Assembly (NCBI GenBank): GCA_040384865.1
Contig: JAZKIM010000006.1
Span: forward strand, 988-64,987
Reading direction: 5' to 3'
DNA length: 64,000 bases
DNA from: Patescibacteria group bacterium
GTDB taxonomy: Bacteria; Patescibacteriota; Minisyncoccia; Phycocordibacterales; CAIZLB01
A program made the position numbers and the translations under genes. Positions 49,368 to 58,370 of this stretch are shown here, one piece after another (positions within the stretch are counted from its first letter, which is position 1; each line of letters opens with the position of its first letter). The notes below the pieces were generated by a model that worked only from the letters and a program-made list of their open reading frames with translations, was not told the origin of the DNA and did no database searches.

Positions 49368-51770
49368 TTACTGTTGATTTGGAAAATAGAGTTTGTTTAT
49401 ATAATCCTTCACCATACGAGTGGCGGTATATCGTTCTTCCGTAAGACCAACAGTACCACGGATACGAGAAATCCAATTTCGCGGGATTCCGGAAGCGTCG
49501 CGCTCATAGAATATCGGTACTATTTTATTTTCGATCGTGTCATATATATCTGTAGAAATATGTTCATCATCAAGTATCCAACCTAAACCACTCCAGTCTA
49601 CTTCCCCCACCCAACCGTCTTTAGTGCTGCACTGAAGAGCTCCATTAAGTGCTGCCTTCATCCCACTAGTGCCACAAGCTTCGAAGCCGGGAATGGGGGT
49701 ATTAAGCCAAACATCAGCACCAAGCACCAACTCTTTTGCCACGTTAATTGAATACTCCGGAACATAGACGATCTTACCCAAAAACTCTGGCCGTGATACA
49801 TATTCTTTTATCCGTGCCACTGTTGCTTGCCCCTCTTTATCGTCCTTATGCGCCTTGCCGGAAATAATGAAATGTACCGGCCCGTCGGCTTTTTCAACAA
49901 TTTGAGCAAGTCGTCCTAAGTCACTAAATAACATTTCTGGACGTTTATATGAAGCAAACCGTCGAGCCCAGACAATGATAAGGGTGTTGGGGTTTAGTTT
50001 TACTCCTGTTTGCGAGTCAATGTAAGCAACCAAATTTGTGCGCAAAGTCATTCTTGTCTTCCACAGCTCATAATCATCAATGTCCTCAAGAGATAGTGTT
50101 GGCCACCCCGGGGTTCTCCATCGTGGTAAGTAGACCCCATTGGTAATAGGGATTAATAAGCTATGTGGATGAACCTTCTTTTCAAACTCAACATGGAGAG
50201 CGCTCACTCCATTCGCCCGCGACGCGCTACCAAGCATGAATTTAGTGGTTGAAAACATTTCTGGATTTTCCTGTCGGGCCCCAAGTAGAAAGAATTCTTC
50301 AAAATCAATTCGATGGCGGTTGAAATAATGTTTAACAATTCCACGCAGACGATCTCTTGAAAAGTTTATTCCCGCAACAGATAGGATGGTGTGTTTCGAC
50401 GCAACAATGTGCTGCTTCATCATCTGAACAGCCGCGCGAAGACTCATTTCTGGATGATCATGAATATACTCAGCAAATAGTGCCAGCGCTACAAAACTAG
50501 TATGACCCTCGTTGAGATGATATACCGTTGGATGAATATCTAATGTGCGAAGCAACTTTACTCCACCTATACCGAGTAAGAGCTGCTGTAAAATGTTAAT
50601 GCTAATATCCGACCCATATAAAGAAGATAGAATCCTCTGAATGTCACCGCTGTTTTTTTCAGTATCAGTATCAAGAAGATACAAACGCGAGCTTCCATGA
50701 ATTCGTTGCCATACTTGCAGACAAATCGTACTGTCCGCCACATCAACATTAACAATCATTGGCTCACCGTTTGCCAAACGTAGTAATCGAAAGTTGTGAT
50801 TTATAAGACTAATACGGTTCTCCGAGCGAAGCTCTTCCGAAGATGCTTCTGTACGTTGGTTATAAAAAAGACCTATGGCAGAAAACGGTATGCCTTGATC
50901 CCCTACTTCTCGAACAAAGTCTTCAGCAAGCATACCAAGCCCTCCGGCATAGAGGGGTAAACCTTGAATACCGTACTCTGCACAAAAAAATGCTACGGAC
51001 TTTTTTGATAATATCTTTTTTATAATTTCAGCGGTGTCCTGCGGACCTGCAATTTTCACTGATTCAATTCCTACCTGTGATGGTGAATAATCATTACCGC
51101 CCGGAAACACAGCGTCACCGACGAATAACATGTCCGAAACCTTTAACTCATAACGATCCAAAAGGCGTTTCAACCCCGTTGCCTTATTAAAACCTTTGGA
51201 AAGAAAGTCTATAGATGTTGTACCTCCAATAACAATCTCTATATCCGGTAAAAGAGGCTCAAGTTCAGCTTTAATAGCTAAGCGTTTTTTTTGATCAGAA
51301 TCCCACATCTCTTTTACCTCAATCGGCGCCTTTTGGCCATAAGCCGAAAAGGTTATCTGTGATCCTCTATCCTCGATGTAGTCTCCAAAAATTTGATGCT
51401 CGGGTGGAATATCATACCGATGAGAAGCAATGAGATCTTTTAGTGCAACGATAGTTTTTCTCTTAAGATCTTCTCTGAAGAGCTGCTCGTCCACTAGCTG
51501 CCACTCACCTATTTCAGCTTCATATTCATAACACTGACTACCGTCTACCGGCAACATAACAAGATCATTGACCGGGCCCTTCCAAAATGGCAAAAATTGT
51601 TTTTTAAATTGTTCAAAAGAGCCTCCTGAAATGACGACTACCTTTGCACGCGTCGCTAGTTGTGCCAGCAATTCAGCCATCTCTAATCCAAGAGACTGTT
51701 TGCTCTCAGCAAGAGTACCGTCAAGATCGAAAGCGATAATCTTTTTTACCTCTTGGGAAGAATCAATCAT
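49368..51770 (-). CDS. Fusion protein: N-terminal HAD-IIB phosphomannomutase-like domain plus C-terminal alpha-glucan (glycogen) phosphorylase, GT35
   Basis: 800 aa; N-terminal AFDLDGTLAESKQ and GDAVFPGGNDYSP (PMM/HAD motifs); C-terminal EACGTSGMKAALNGA PLP-lysine motif of GT35. Confidence 0.8.
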   Translation of the reverse strand: MIDSSQEVKKIIAFDLDGTLAESKQSLGLEMAELLAQLATRAKVVVISGGSFEQFKKQFLPFWKGPVNDLVMLPVDGSQCYEYEAEIGEWQLVDEQLFREDLKRKTIVALKDLIASHRYDIPPEHQIFGDYIEDRGSQITFSAYGQKAPIEVKEMWDSDQKKRLAIKAELEPLLPDIEIVIGGTTSIDFLSKGFNKATGLKRLLDRYELKVSDMLFVGDAVFPGGNDYSPSQVGIESVKIAGPQDTAEIIKKILSKKSVAFFCAEYGIQGLPLYAGGLGMLAEDFVREVGDQGIPFSAIGLFYNQRTEASSEELRSENRISLINHNFRLLRLANGEPMIVNVDVADSTICLQVWQRIHGSSRLYLLDTDTEKNSGDIQRILSSLYGSDISINILQQLLLGIGGVKLLRTLDIHPTVYHLNEGHTSFVALALFAEYIHDHPEMSLRAAVQMMKQHIVASKHTILSVAGINFSRDRLRGIVKHYFNRHRIDFEEFFLLGARQENPEMFSTTKFMLGSASRANGVSALHVEFEKKVHPHSLLIPITNGVYLPRWRTPGWPTLSLEDIDDYELWKTRMTLRTNLVAYIDSQTGVKLNPNTLIIVWARRFASYKRPEMLFSDLGRLAQIVEKADGPVHFIISGKAHKDDKEGQATVARIKEYVSRPEFLGKIVYVPEYSINVAKELVLGADVWLNTPIPGFEACGTSGMKAALNGALQCSTKDGWVGEVDWSGLGWILDDEHISTDIYDTIENKIVPIFYERDASGIPRNWISRIRGTVGLTEERYTATRMVKDYINKLYFPNQQ

Positions 51771-51814
51771 GGGTGTTCGCTCCTATTATATCCCAAATAC
51801 GCTATCATTAATAA

Positions 51815-52408
51815 ATGATTGAACAATTGTCTTCTGAAGTTTCGCCTTTCATTCTTACACTATTACTTAAATATAAATATTTAGTCCTTTTTCCCATTCT
51901 CGTTGTGGAAGGCCCCATCGTCACTATACTGTCGGGAGCCTTGGCCACACCCGAAGCGCACGTGTTTTCCATCGTTCCCCTGTTCTTCTTTGTTGTCTTC
52001 GCCGATCTCTTCGGCGATACGTTCTATTATTTGATAGGAAGGTACGCTGGTGAAAAGGTATTAAATAGGATCAGCGAGAAAAAGCATGTTGATTATCACC
52101 AAAAGATTACGGACTATTTTGAAAAATATGGTGGACGAACGTTGATTATTGGAAAAATAAGTCACGGTCTCGGATGGCCAGTGATGGTATTTGCAGGAAG
52201 TGTACATATGAACTACGCAAGATTCATGACATTTAATCTTTTTACCAGTCTTATTAAAAGCATTGTCCTGATTTTAATAGGATACTTATACTCCGAGAAT
52301 TATAGACAGATAGTTTCTTATTTCGGCTCAGTAAGCGCAACGATTACAATAACAGCTCTTGTTGTGCTACTGATATATCTATTCGTCTATTCGAGAAAGG
52401 TTCGATGA
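51815..52408 (+). CDS. DedA/TVP38-family membrane protein
   Basis: 197 aa; DedA-like hydrophobic pattern. Confidence 0.75.
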   Translation: MIEQLSSEVSPFILTLLLKYKYLVLFPILVVEGPIVTILSGALATPEAHVFSIVPLFFFVVFADLFGDTFYYLIGRYAGEKVLNRISEKKHVDYHQKITDYFEKYGGRTLIIGKISHGLGWPVMVFAGSVHMNYARFMTFNLFTSLIKSIVLILIGYLYSENYRQIVSYFGSVSATITITALVVLLIYLFVYSRKVR

Positions 52409-52546
52409 ACCCTATCATGAAGCTTTAATTAAGATTGCATAAGCTGTGCATAACCAGGTGGAAAACTTGTTGACATCATGTGGATGAGGTATAGCATTAG
52501 ACACAGGGAAGCACGGATTGTCAACAATCAACTAGAGGAAACATAT

Positions 52547-52693
52547 ATGGTGTCGCACAGTTACAACCGAAAAATCGACCTGCTCGAAGCAGTCACGCAG
52601 TTACTGACGCAAGGGTTACCACCACCGCGTCTGAAGGAAGCAATTCGCAACCTCAAAAAACAGCGGGCTCTCAGCCGACCGGCTATCGGCTAA
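52547..52693 (+). CDS. Possible small (48 aa) protein with good RBS in a GC-rich patch
   Basis: agaggaaacatatATG; the ORF is GC-rich compared with its surroundings. Confidence 0.2.
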   Translation: MVSHSYNRKIDLLEAVTQLLTQGLPPPRLKEAIRNLKKQRALSRPAIG

Positions 52694-52956
52694 AACAAGG
52701 CTGGCTTTGCGCCGGCGCTGAAAAGGACCGATCCCCCGCTTACGCGATGGACCGGCCCTTTCTATTAAAAAATCTCTCCACCTTTTATACCCAATAGACT
52801 AAGATAAGTGCCATTACGATCAACGACACGAGATAATATCCAATGTTGATCCACCATAACTTCCAAGGTTTTTCCTCCCAGAGTCCGCCGAGCAAAACAG
52901 GAACGATGTGTTTTAAAGCGGTAACTACCTGAAATATTAAAACCAGTAAAATCTAA

Positions 52957-53352
52957 TTAATCCCTAAGAATCTCAGGTATCCGACTTCGGGGAATCTTTC
53001 TTACAAACACAGTCTTTTCTTTCTGAATATAAACCTTCACTAAACGGTGTAATCCATCTAAAATAAGCCACCTTCCTTTATTCTCCATAATATCTATTGG
53101 ATGAATTAAATCAGCAGCTTGGACTTTGGCGTAATGTGTCTTTTCAATCTCAGGATGTTTAATAACATCCCAGGCTTTAAGGTTGTAGTCGTCTGTCCCT
53201 TCCTTTTCCCAAAATGGAATATCAAAATGCCAAAGCAATTCATTTATATCAATCTCTTCTGTTGGCTCATCTAAAGCCCAAACCTTCTTTGAACTCCAAT
53301 CAAAATCAAATCCAACATCTTTAATAATTTGTGGTACTTCAGAATCTTTCAT
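52957..53352 (-). CDS. Hypothetical protein (weak ParB/Srx-like DGxHR motif)
   Basis: 131 aa; ILDGLHRL. Confidence 0.3.
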   Translation of the reverse strand: MKDSEVPQIIKDVGFDFDWSSKKVWALDEPTEEIDINELLWHFDIPFWEKEGTDDYNLKAWDVIKHPEIEKTHYAKVQAADLIHPIDIMENKGRWLILDGLHRLVKVYIQKEKTVFVRKIPRSRIPEILRD

Positions 53353-53430
53353 TCCTAGAGTATATCAAAACAAAAAGTTCGATTCCTAATAGCCTATTTC
53401 AACCATATACCCGACGGGAGATTATAATTA

Positions 53431-53500
53431 GGGGGCGCGACTACCGGAACCTTATACTGGAGGTATTTTACGACCGAAAATACTTAAAATCCCTTATTGA
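53431..53500 (+). repeat. Repeat A: tRNA-His-3'-end-like element (gggggcgcgactaccggaacc) plus shared tail ttatactggaggtatttta...aatacttaa
   Basis: About 45/50 identity with repeat C; head resembles the + strand image of the tRNA-His acceptor/T-arm at 58230-58255. Confidence 0.6.
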
Positions 53501-53510
53501 GAATCTATGG

Positions 53511-54014
53511 TTAATTAACCTTTAATCTATTAATCAACTTATTAACATCCCTTTGATTCTTAAGAATGATCAATTCTTTCCCTTCGATACCCTCTTCAAC
53601 TTTCTTAAACATTTTTTTACGCGGAAACCTTATGACAAATCTCATATGACTCCATTCCAATCTATCTTTATTGTTTCCTCCCATATCAGGTCTTACTTTG
53701 TTGAAATTTAAAATATATCTTTTTAGAGACCTCCACAGAACAACAATCTTAGGCAAGTCAAAAACTATAACAGTGTCCGCCACTTTTACCCTGTCTTCAA
53801 TGTTCCTAATATAATTTCCATCGATGATCCATTTTTCTTCTTTTAAAATACTGCCCACGCTTTGATTGAACTCGTCCATCGGCGTTTCCGTCCAATTCTC
53901 TTTCCAATAGTATTTATCCAAATAATGAACAGGGAGATTCAAAATACTACCCAACTTTGTTGCTAGGGTTGATTTACCAGATCCAGGACAACCTATAATA
54001 ATTACTCTATTCAA
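53511..54014 (-). CDS. P-loop NTPase/kinase (AAA, topology-modulation/adenylate-kinase-like)
   Basis: 167 aa; IIGCPGSGKSTLA Walker A. Confidence 0.6.
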   Translation of the reverse strand: MNRVIIIGCPGSGKSTLATKLGSILNLPVHYLDKYYWKENWTETPMDEFNQSVGSILKEEKWIIDGNYIRNIEDRVKVADTVIVFDLPKIVVLWRSLKRYILNFNKVRPDMGGNNKDRLEWSHMRFVIRFPRKKMFKKVEEGIEGKELIILKNQRDVNKLINRLKVN

Positions 54015-54420
54015 GAAATATTTTATTATTTAAAAAGGCAGAAATTACTCTTTTGTGACCGATAAAAATATCTTCAGGCAACTGATCTAGAGGAAACCAT
54101 TCCCATCCATAACATTTATCAGGTTCGATATTTTCTGGTTCACCAATAACACTACTCGCCAAGAAATTTATATGAATATAATGCTTATCTTCACCAAGCA
54201 TTGGCTCATTCACAATACTCAAGAAAGAAAGGTTCGCGTTTAAACCAGTTTCTTCTTTAAGTTCTCTTTTTGCAGCATCCACCAAATACTCCATATATTC
54301 CAAATGTCCTCCTGGTAAACCGTAAAAGCCATCGCTTGAAGGTTTTCGTCTTTTCCCTAAAAGTAACTTATTGTCTTTAATTACAAAGATATTTACAGCA
54401 ACTTTGGTATATTTATCCAT
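54007..54420 (-). CDS. NUDIX hydrolase
   Basis: 137 aa; Nudix box GGHLEYMEYLVDAAKRELKEETG; overlaps the kinase gene by 8 nt (operon). Confidence 0.8.
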   Translation of the reverse strand: MDKYTKVAVNIFVIKDNKLLLGKRRKPSSDGFYGLPGGHLEYMEYLVDAAKRELKEETGLNANLSFLSIVNEPMLGEDKHYIHINFLASSVIGEPENIEPDKCYGWEWFPLDQLPEDIFIGHKRVISAFLNNKIFLE

Positions 54421-54432
54421 TCGATAAGTATA

Positions 54433-54500
54433 CCAAAGTCAGAATAAGCTCCATTTGTATACCCTATCTGAATCTTATTATAACCTTACTTGAATCTGAC
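54433..54500 (+). repeat. Repeat B: aaagtcagaataa...ccctatctgaatcttattataacc (paralog of repeat D)
   Basis: Shares about 65 bp with 56101-56165, including a copy of the last codons of the TrmB-like gene. Confidence 0.6.
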
Positions 54501-54541
54501 TACCGCACACATCAAATTGATCTAGGGGATATTCTTTCAAC

Positions 54542-54727
54542 TTAATCAGCTGTTGATTTTGAAACAAGAAAACGTACAGAAAAAATTGAGACTATTAATA
54601 GCGGTAAAAAAATGAAAAAAGCACCTAGTGGGTTATGTTCAAAGCCCATTATTCTGTAAACCACCATTGAAATTAAAACTACAATTACCTGTAGAACTAA
54701 TATCTTATTTTTTCTTGCGTGATGCAT
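54542..54727 (-). CDS. Small 2-TM membrane protein
   Basis: 61 aa hydrophobic. Confidence 0.3.
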   Translation of the reverse strand: MHHARKNKILVLQVIVVLISMVVYRIMGFEHNPLGAFFIFLPLLIVSIFSVRFLVSKSTAD

Positions 54728-54750
54728 TTACAGTAAAGTATACCCTAAAT

Positions 54751-54830
54751 TATCTATAGACGTGGGCGCCTGCCGGAACCTTATACTGGAGGTATTTTAG
54801 GATAGAGAATACTTAAGAAATGTAATTGAG
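54751..54830 (+). repeat. Repeat C: cgtgggcgcctgccggaacc plus ttatactggaggtatttta...aatacttaa
   Basis: Paralog of repeat A; head resembles the tRNA-His 3' end. Confidence 0.6.
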
Positions 54831-54855
54831 GTGTTAAATCTGATACAAAGAGAAT

Positions 54856-54889
54856 ACCCGCAAGCACAACAGGTGTGCTTGCGGGTATC
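54856..54889 (-). terminator. 13-bp perfect-stem hairpin (acccgcaagcaca...tgtgcttgcgggt) after the cupin gene
   Basis: Read directly. Confidence 0.6.
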
Positions 54890-54891
54890 GG

Positions 54892-55263
54892 TCAGGCAGC
54901 AAGTGCCAGAACCTTCTGCGTTTCATGGCGATTGTCGAGAGACCCGACGCAGCCAAGGTCTTGCTTAGGGACCCAGCTATGTGCAGTCCCTGGCAGAACC
55001 AGCGTGAGCGCGTGTTCAGGGAGACTGATCCGCTCTCCGCATACTTCGACGTCCAGACCTTCAGATTTGTAGAAGGACGGGAAATCGTGCTCGTGAGGTT
55101 CAGTTCTCTTCCCCCGAGGAACAGACTCCATCCCGTGCCGACCAACAGCAAGGGATTCGAACAACGCAGACTCGGTGGTCAGGTCAGCGACCAAGAATGG
55201 ACCTTGGACTCGGAAACTGATTCCACCGAGTTTTTGCATAATCTCCGTTGTTTCGGAATTCAT
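54892..55263 (-). CDS. Cupin-domain protein in a GC-rich patch
   Basis: 123 aa; HEHDF...E...LPGTAHS cupin metal motifs; GC visibly about 55%. Confidence 0.5.
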   Translation of the reverse strand: MNSETTEIMQKLGGISFRVQGPFLVADLTTESALFESLAVGRHGMESVPRGKRTEPHEHDFPSFYKSEGLDVEVCGERISLPEHALTLVLPGTAHSWVPKQDLGCVGSLDNRHETQKVLALAA

Positions 55264-55369
55264 TCAATATCACCTCCTTCTAGGACTATTTGGTCCGATC
55301 TTAGTATAAAAACATGGTGTGTTATGTAAACCTGTTGACACAGCTTGACAACCATACTACCCTACAGCT

Positions 55370-56113
55370 ATGGAATTACTAACCCCGAAGGAAAAACGCA
55401 TCTTGGGTGCTTTATATAAATTAGGTGAGTCCCCTATTAGTAAGATATCCAAAGAAATCTTGCTTAATAGAACTGCTCTCTATCACACGATCGAAGAGCT
55501 TCTTAAAAAAGGATTGGTGACAAAGATTACAAAAGAAGGAGGTGCTTTCTTTCAAGCAATTTCTCAAGACGAGTACAGAAGCTGGGCAAAGAGAAAAATC
55601 AGCTCCCTCACAGAAGAAACATCAAATCTGGGCGACTGGCTAAATAATCAGCAACAGCAACTCCCTACTCTGTATTCTGATATTCGATACTTTGAAGGGG
55701 TTGAGAGCGTTAAGAATCTTTATGAAGACAGCTGGCGAGAAAACAAAGATAAGAAAATTTATTGCATTACCGATTATGACAAAGCATATGACACGTTAAA
55801 TAACTTTCTTGAACAAGAATACTTCCCTGATAGAGTGAAGAGAGGGATTTCTATTAAAAGCTTACTTCCTCAAAGCACTTCTGGAAAAAGAGATATTTCT
55901 AGATCAAAAGAACTTCTTCGGGATATGCGTTTCTTAAATACATTCAAAGATTTAGGAATTGAGCTAAATATCTATGGGTCGAAAGTCTCAATTGTTGCCT
56001 TTGATAAAAAGAAACCTTCCGGTGTCATAATCAAAAATGAAATAATTGCAAAAGCATTCAAAAATATCTTTGAATCACTATGGGCAACAACAAAACCTAT
56101 AAAGTCAGAATAA
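55370..56113 (+). CDS. TrmB-family (sugar-responsive) transcriptional regulator
   Basis: 247 aa; N-terminal wHTH LTPKEKRILGALYKLGESPISKISKEILLNRTALYHTIEELLKKGLV; divergent from the cupin gene, with two TTGACA hexamers in the shared 107-bp intergenic region. Confidence 0.6.
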   Translation: MELLTPKEKRILGALYKLGESPISKISKEILLNRTALYHTIEELLKKGLVTKITKEGGAFFQAISQDEYRSWAKRKISSLTEETSNLGDWLNNQQQQLPTLYSDIRYFEGVESVKNLYEDSWRENKDKKIYCITDYDKAYDTLNNFLEQEYFPDRVKRGISIKSLLPQSTSGKRDISRSKELLRDMRFLNTFKDLGIELNIYGSKVSIVAFDKKKPSGVIIKNEIIAKAFKNIFESLWATTKPIKSE

Positions 56114-56170
56114 ACACCATTACTATGCCCTATCGGAATCTTATTATAACTTTGCTGAATAGAGATATTT
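56101..56170 (+). repeat. Repeat D: aaagtcagaataa...ccctatcggaatcttattataac (overlaps the TrmB stop codon)
   Basis: Paralog of repeat B. Confidence 0.6.
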
Positions 56171-56203
56171 GTACCAATTCAATAAAAAATCAATATCTTA
56201 GCC

Positions 56204-56752
56204 TTACAAATTCTTAGATCTATAGACAAAGATGCTGACAATAAGAGCAAGAACACCTAAAGCAATAAAAATCTCTCTGAAGCCAAAGTTTTGTATCAGG
56301 ACTGTTCCTATAAGAGCGGCCATTCCAGTAATAATATATGCAACTGATTGCAGGTCTGCCCATTGAATCGAAGAGTCTTCCTTATTAACATGTTTCGTAT
56401 ACAGGGCATCAAATGCTGGCATACTCAACGCACTCCCAATACTCATTAACACCAAACCCACCAATAAAGAAATATTAGAAAGTGAAAGACCAATTACAAC
56501 AAAAGATACTCCCTTCACAGCATATCCCGATGCAATCAACTTTTTCTTTTCTGAATAACGAGTTTCAAATTTTCCTAAAAAGAAAAGAAAGATTCCTGTG
56601 AGAATTGAAAATAAAGCCAATGAAGAACCGGCAAAGAGGAAACTACCATTCAGAGACTGAATATAAGTTACATAAAACGGAGTAAAGATTGCCCCAATAA
56701 ATGTCATCGTCGAGCTAACAACAATCATTATTTTAAGTTCTTTTTGAAACAT
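56204..56752 (-). CDS. 6-TM membrane protein (half-MFS-like)
   Basis: 182 aa hydrophobic. Confidence 0.4.
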   Translation of the reverse strand: MFQKELKIMIVVSSTMTFIGAIFTPFYVTYIQSLNGSFLFAGSSLALFSILTGIFLFFLGKFETRYSEKKKLIASGYAVKGVSFVVIGLSLSNISLLVGLVLMSIGSALSMPAFDALYTKHVNKEDSSIQWADLQSVAYIITGMAALIGTVLIQNFGFREIFIALGVLALIVSIFVYRSKNL

Positions 56753-56788
56753 CGCTAAATTATAGCGTATGTACCTGTAGATATCTAA

Positions 56789-56830
56789 GCGTGGGCAGCT
56801 ATCCGAATCTTATTATAACTTTAGTCGAAC
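56789..56830 (+). repeat. Repeat E: gcgtgggcagctatccgaatcttattataac (closest copy of the tRNA-His 3' end plus the ttattataac tail)
   Basis: cgtgggc..ctatc.gaatc aligns with 58228-58250. Confidence 0.6.
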
Positions 56831-56904
56831 ACATGAGTACGATCGACAGCCTGTTTAGGTCACTTAAAAAGATTAAGACCTTCAAGATTTAAAATATGAT
56901 GGAA

Positions 56905-58209
56905 TTAAATTCTTTCCATTGTCACTAGATAAATTAACTCTCCATTCGAAGTGAATGATTGGATCAGGTCATTAGTTTTTACTGGCCACCCTGGCGTGAA
57001 GTTAAAATCCCGTACCGCGACACCGCAAAGACCTGATCTTGGATAAGCATCCGTCTCTTGTTTCATTGTTATCTTTCCATTGTCTACTGAGTAAACTGAA
57101 GTAAGCGGAGGCATTCCAGATATTGAAAGTGATGCCTTATCCATAGCCAGGTTCGAAACCGTCCATCTATACTTACCCTGATCATTGAAAAAGTAATACT
57201 GGTATTTTTCATGCAGAGCATCATCAGGGTCAGGAACCAACCCTGGCTTTATATATGAATAGGTCCGACTCCAGTCTCCGATAACGTCTTCAGCCTGGCA
57301 TAATCTATAATCTTCTTTACTCAAAACTATTTTTTGAGTATCCGTTCTAGGTTCAGTCGTCTCTTGAGAACTTGAATTCCCTTCGTCTATTATCATTCTA
57401 CAAATATCTGCAACAGTATTCCCGTTTTTATCCCGATTTAAAACACCCTCCGTCTCAATTGTTGGGTCAATTGTTAAACCTTTTATACACTCTTCTCTTG
57501 CCATAGCATCATTAAAATGATCGGAGCGGTACAATACACCCTTAGTTAAATAAGCCTGCGCGGTGACACCTGGCAACACTTTAGTGCTAGTAATTTCATT
57601 AAGCACCTCTATTGCCTTTATCTTATTACCACTGGAGTAATATTGTTGTGCTACAAAAAACTTCCCCTCCATGTTTTTATATTCTTGATAGTCTGTCCAA
57701 AGAGGAAGAAGGAATACTACAAATGCGACCAGAACTCCCCAACCAAAATGCTTAAAACCATTCGACTCTTTTACCTCTTTTTTCACTAGCTCAGAACTAC
57801 CGTTGTTTATTTCAGCAAAGGCACGATTAATCTTTTCAATATCCCATCCACCCTGCATATTTAATAATTGGATTATTTCATCTTCCCTCTTTCCCTTGCT
57901 CTGCTGATCTTTAATAAAATTCATCAGTTCCGGGTATATTGAAACTTCTGTTCTCTTTTTTATTTTAGATTTCCACCCCAAGTATATCCATATCGAAAAT
58001 GAAAAAATTGATGCGAGAAAAAAAGCACGCATTAAACCAACACTAACTACAAGAGCCTCCGATGTTCCATATAGGTCGTAATACAGCCAACCACCAACAC
58101 GAGCAACGATACCGAGACCAAGAATAAACCAGGCGGCCTTAATCATTATGTTTTTATTATAACCTAAAGTTCCATACTCCATCCAAGTTCGCCTATTTAA
58201 TTCACACAT
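56905..58209 (-). CDS. Hypothetical multi-TM membrane protein with large extracytoplasmic domain
   Basis: 434 aa. Confidence 0.4.
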   Translation of the reverse strand: MCELNRRTWMEYGTLGYNKNIMIKAAWFILGLGIVARVGGWLYYDLYGTSEALVVSVGLMRAFFLASIFSFSIWIYLGWKSKIKKRTEVSIYPELMNFIKDQQSKGKREDEIIQLLNMQGGWDIEKINRAFAEINNGSSELVKKEVKESNGFKHFGWGVLVAFVVFLLPLWTDYQEYKNMEGKFFVAQQYYSSGNKIKAIEVLNEITSTKVLPGVTAQAYLTKGVLYRSDHFNDAMAREECIKGLTIDPTIETEGVLNRDKNGNTVADICRMIIDEGNSSSQETTEPRTDTQKIVLSKEDYRLCQAEDVIGDWSRTYSYIKPGLVPDPDDALHEKYQYYFFNDQGKYRWTVSNLAMDKASLSISGMPPLTSVYSVDNGKITMKQETDAYPRSGLCGVAVRDFNFTPGWPVKTNDLIQSFTSNGELIYLVTMERI

Positions 58210-58229
58210 ACTCCACCAACATCTAATCG

Positions 58230-58304
58230 TGGGCGACTATCGGGAATCGAACCCGAATCGAGAGTTCCACAAACTCCAGTGTTAACCTTTACACCATAGT
58301 CGCC
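58230..58304 (-). tRNA. tRNA-His (anticodon GTG) with encoded G-1
   Basis: Cloverleaf folded by hand: G-1 + GCGACTA acceptor, anticodon loop TTGTGGA, T-arm TCGGG-TTCGATT-CCCGA, discriminator C. Confidence 0.8.
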
Positions 58305-58370
58305 ATGTATTTTGCCGTTGCATGAAATTTCTCTTTTCGAAAACCTCACCAAGACAGCACCGCCGCCGTA

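Noticed and set aside
52478-52546. Longer 71-aa version of the small GC-rich ORF
   Set aside because: The first ATG lacks an RBS. An internal ATG at 52547 has a good GAGGAAA RBS, so only the shorter version is listed, at low confidence.
53431-58304. CRISPR array
   Set aside because: The repeats are 40-70 bp, degenerate, of two tail types, and separated by 0.3-2 kb of protein-coding DNA. They do not have the regular short repeat and spacer periodicity of CRISPR.
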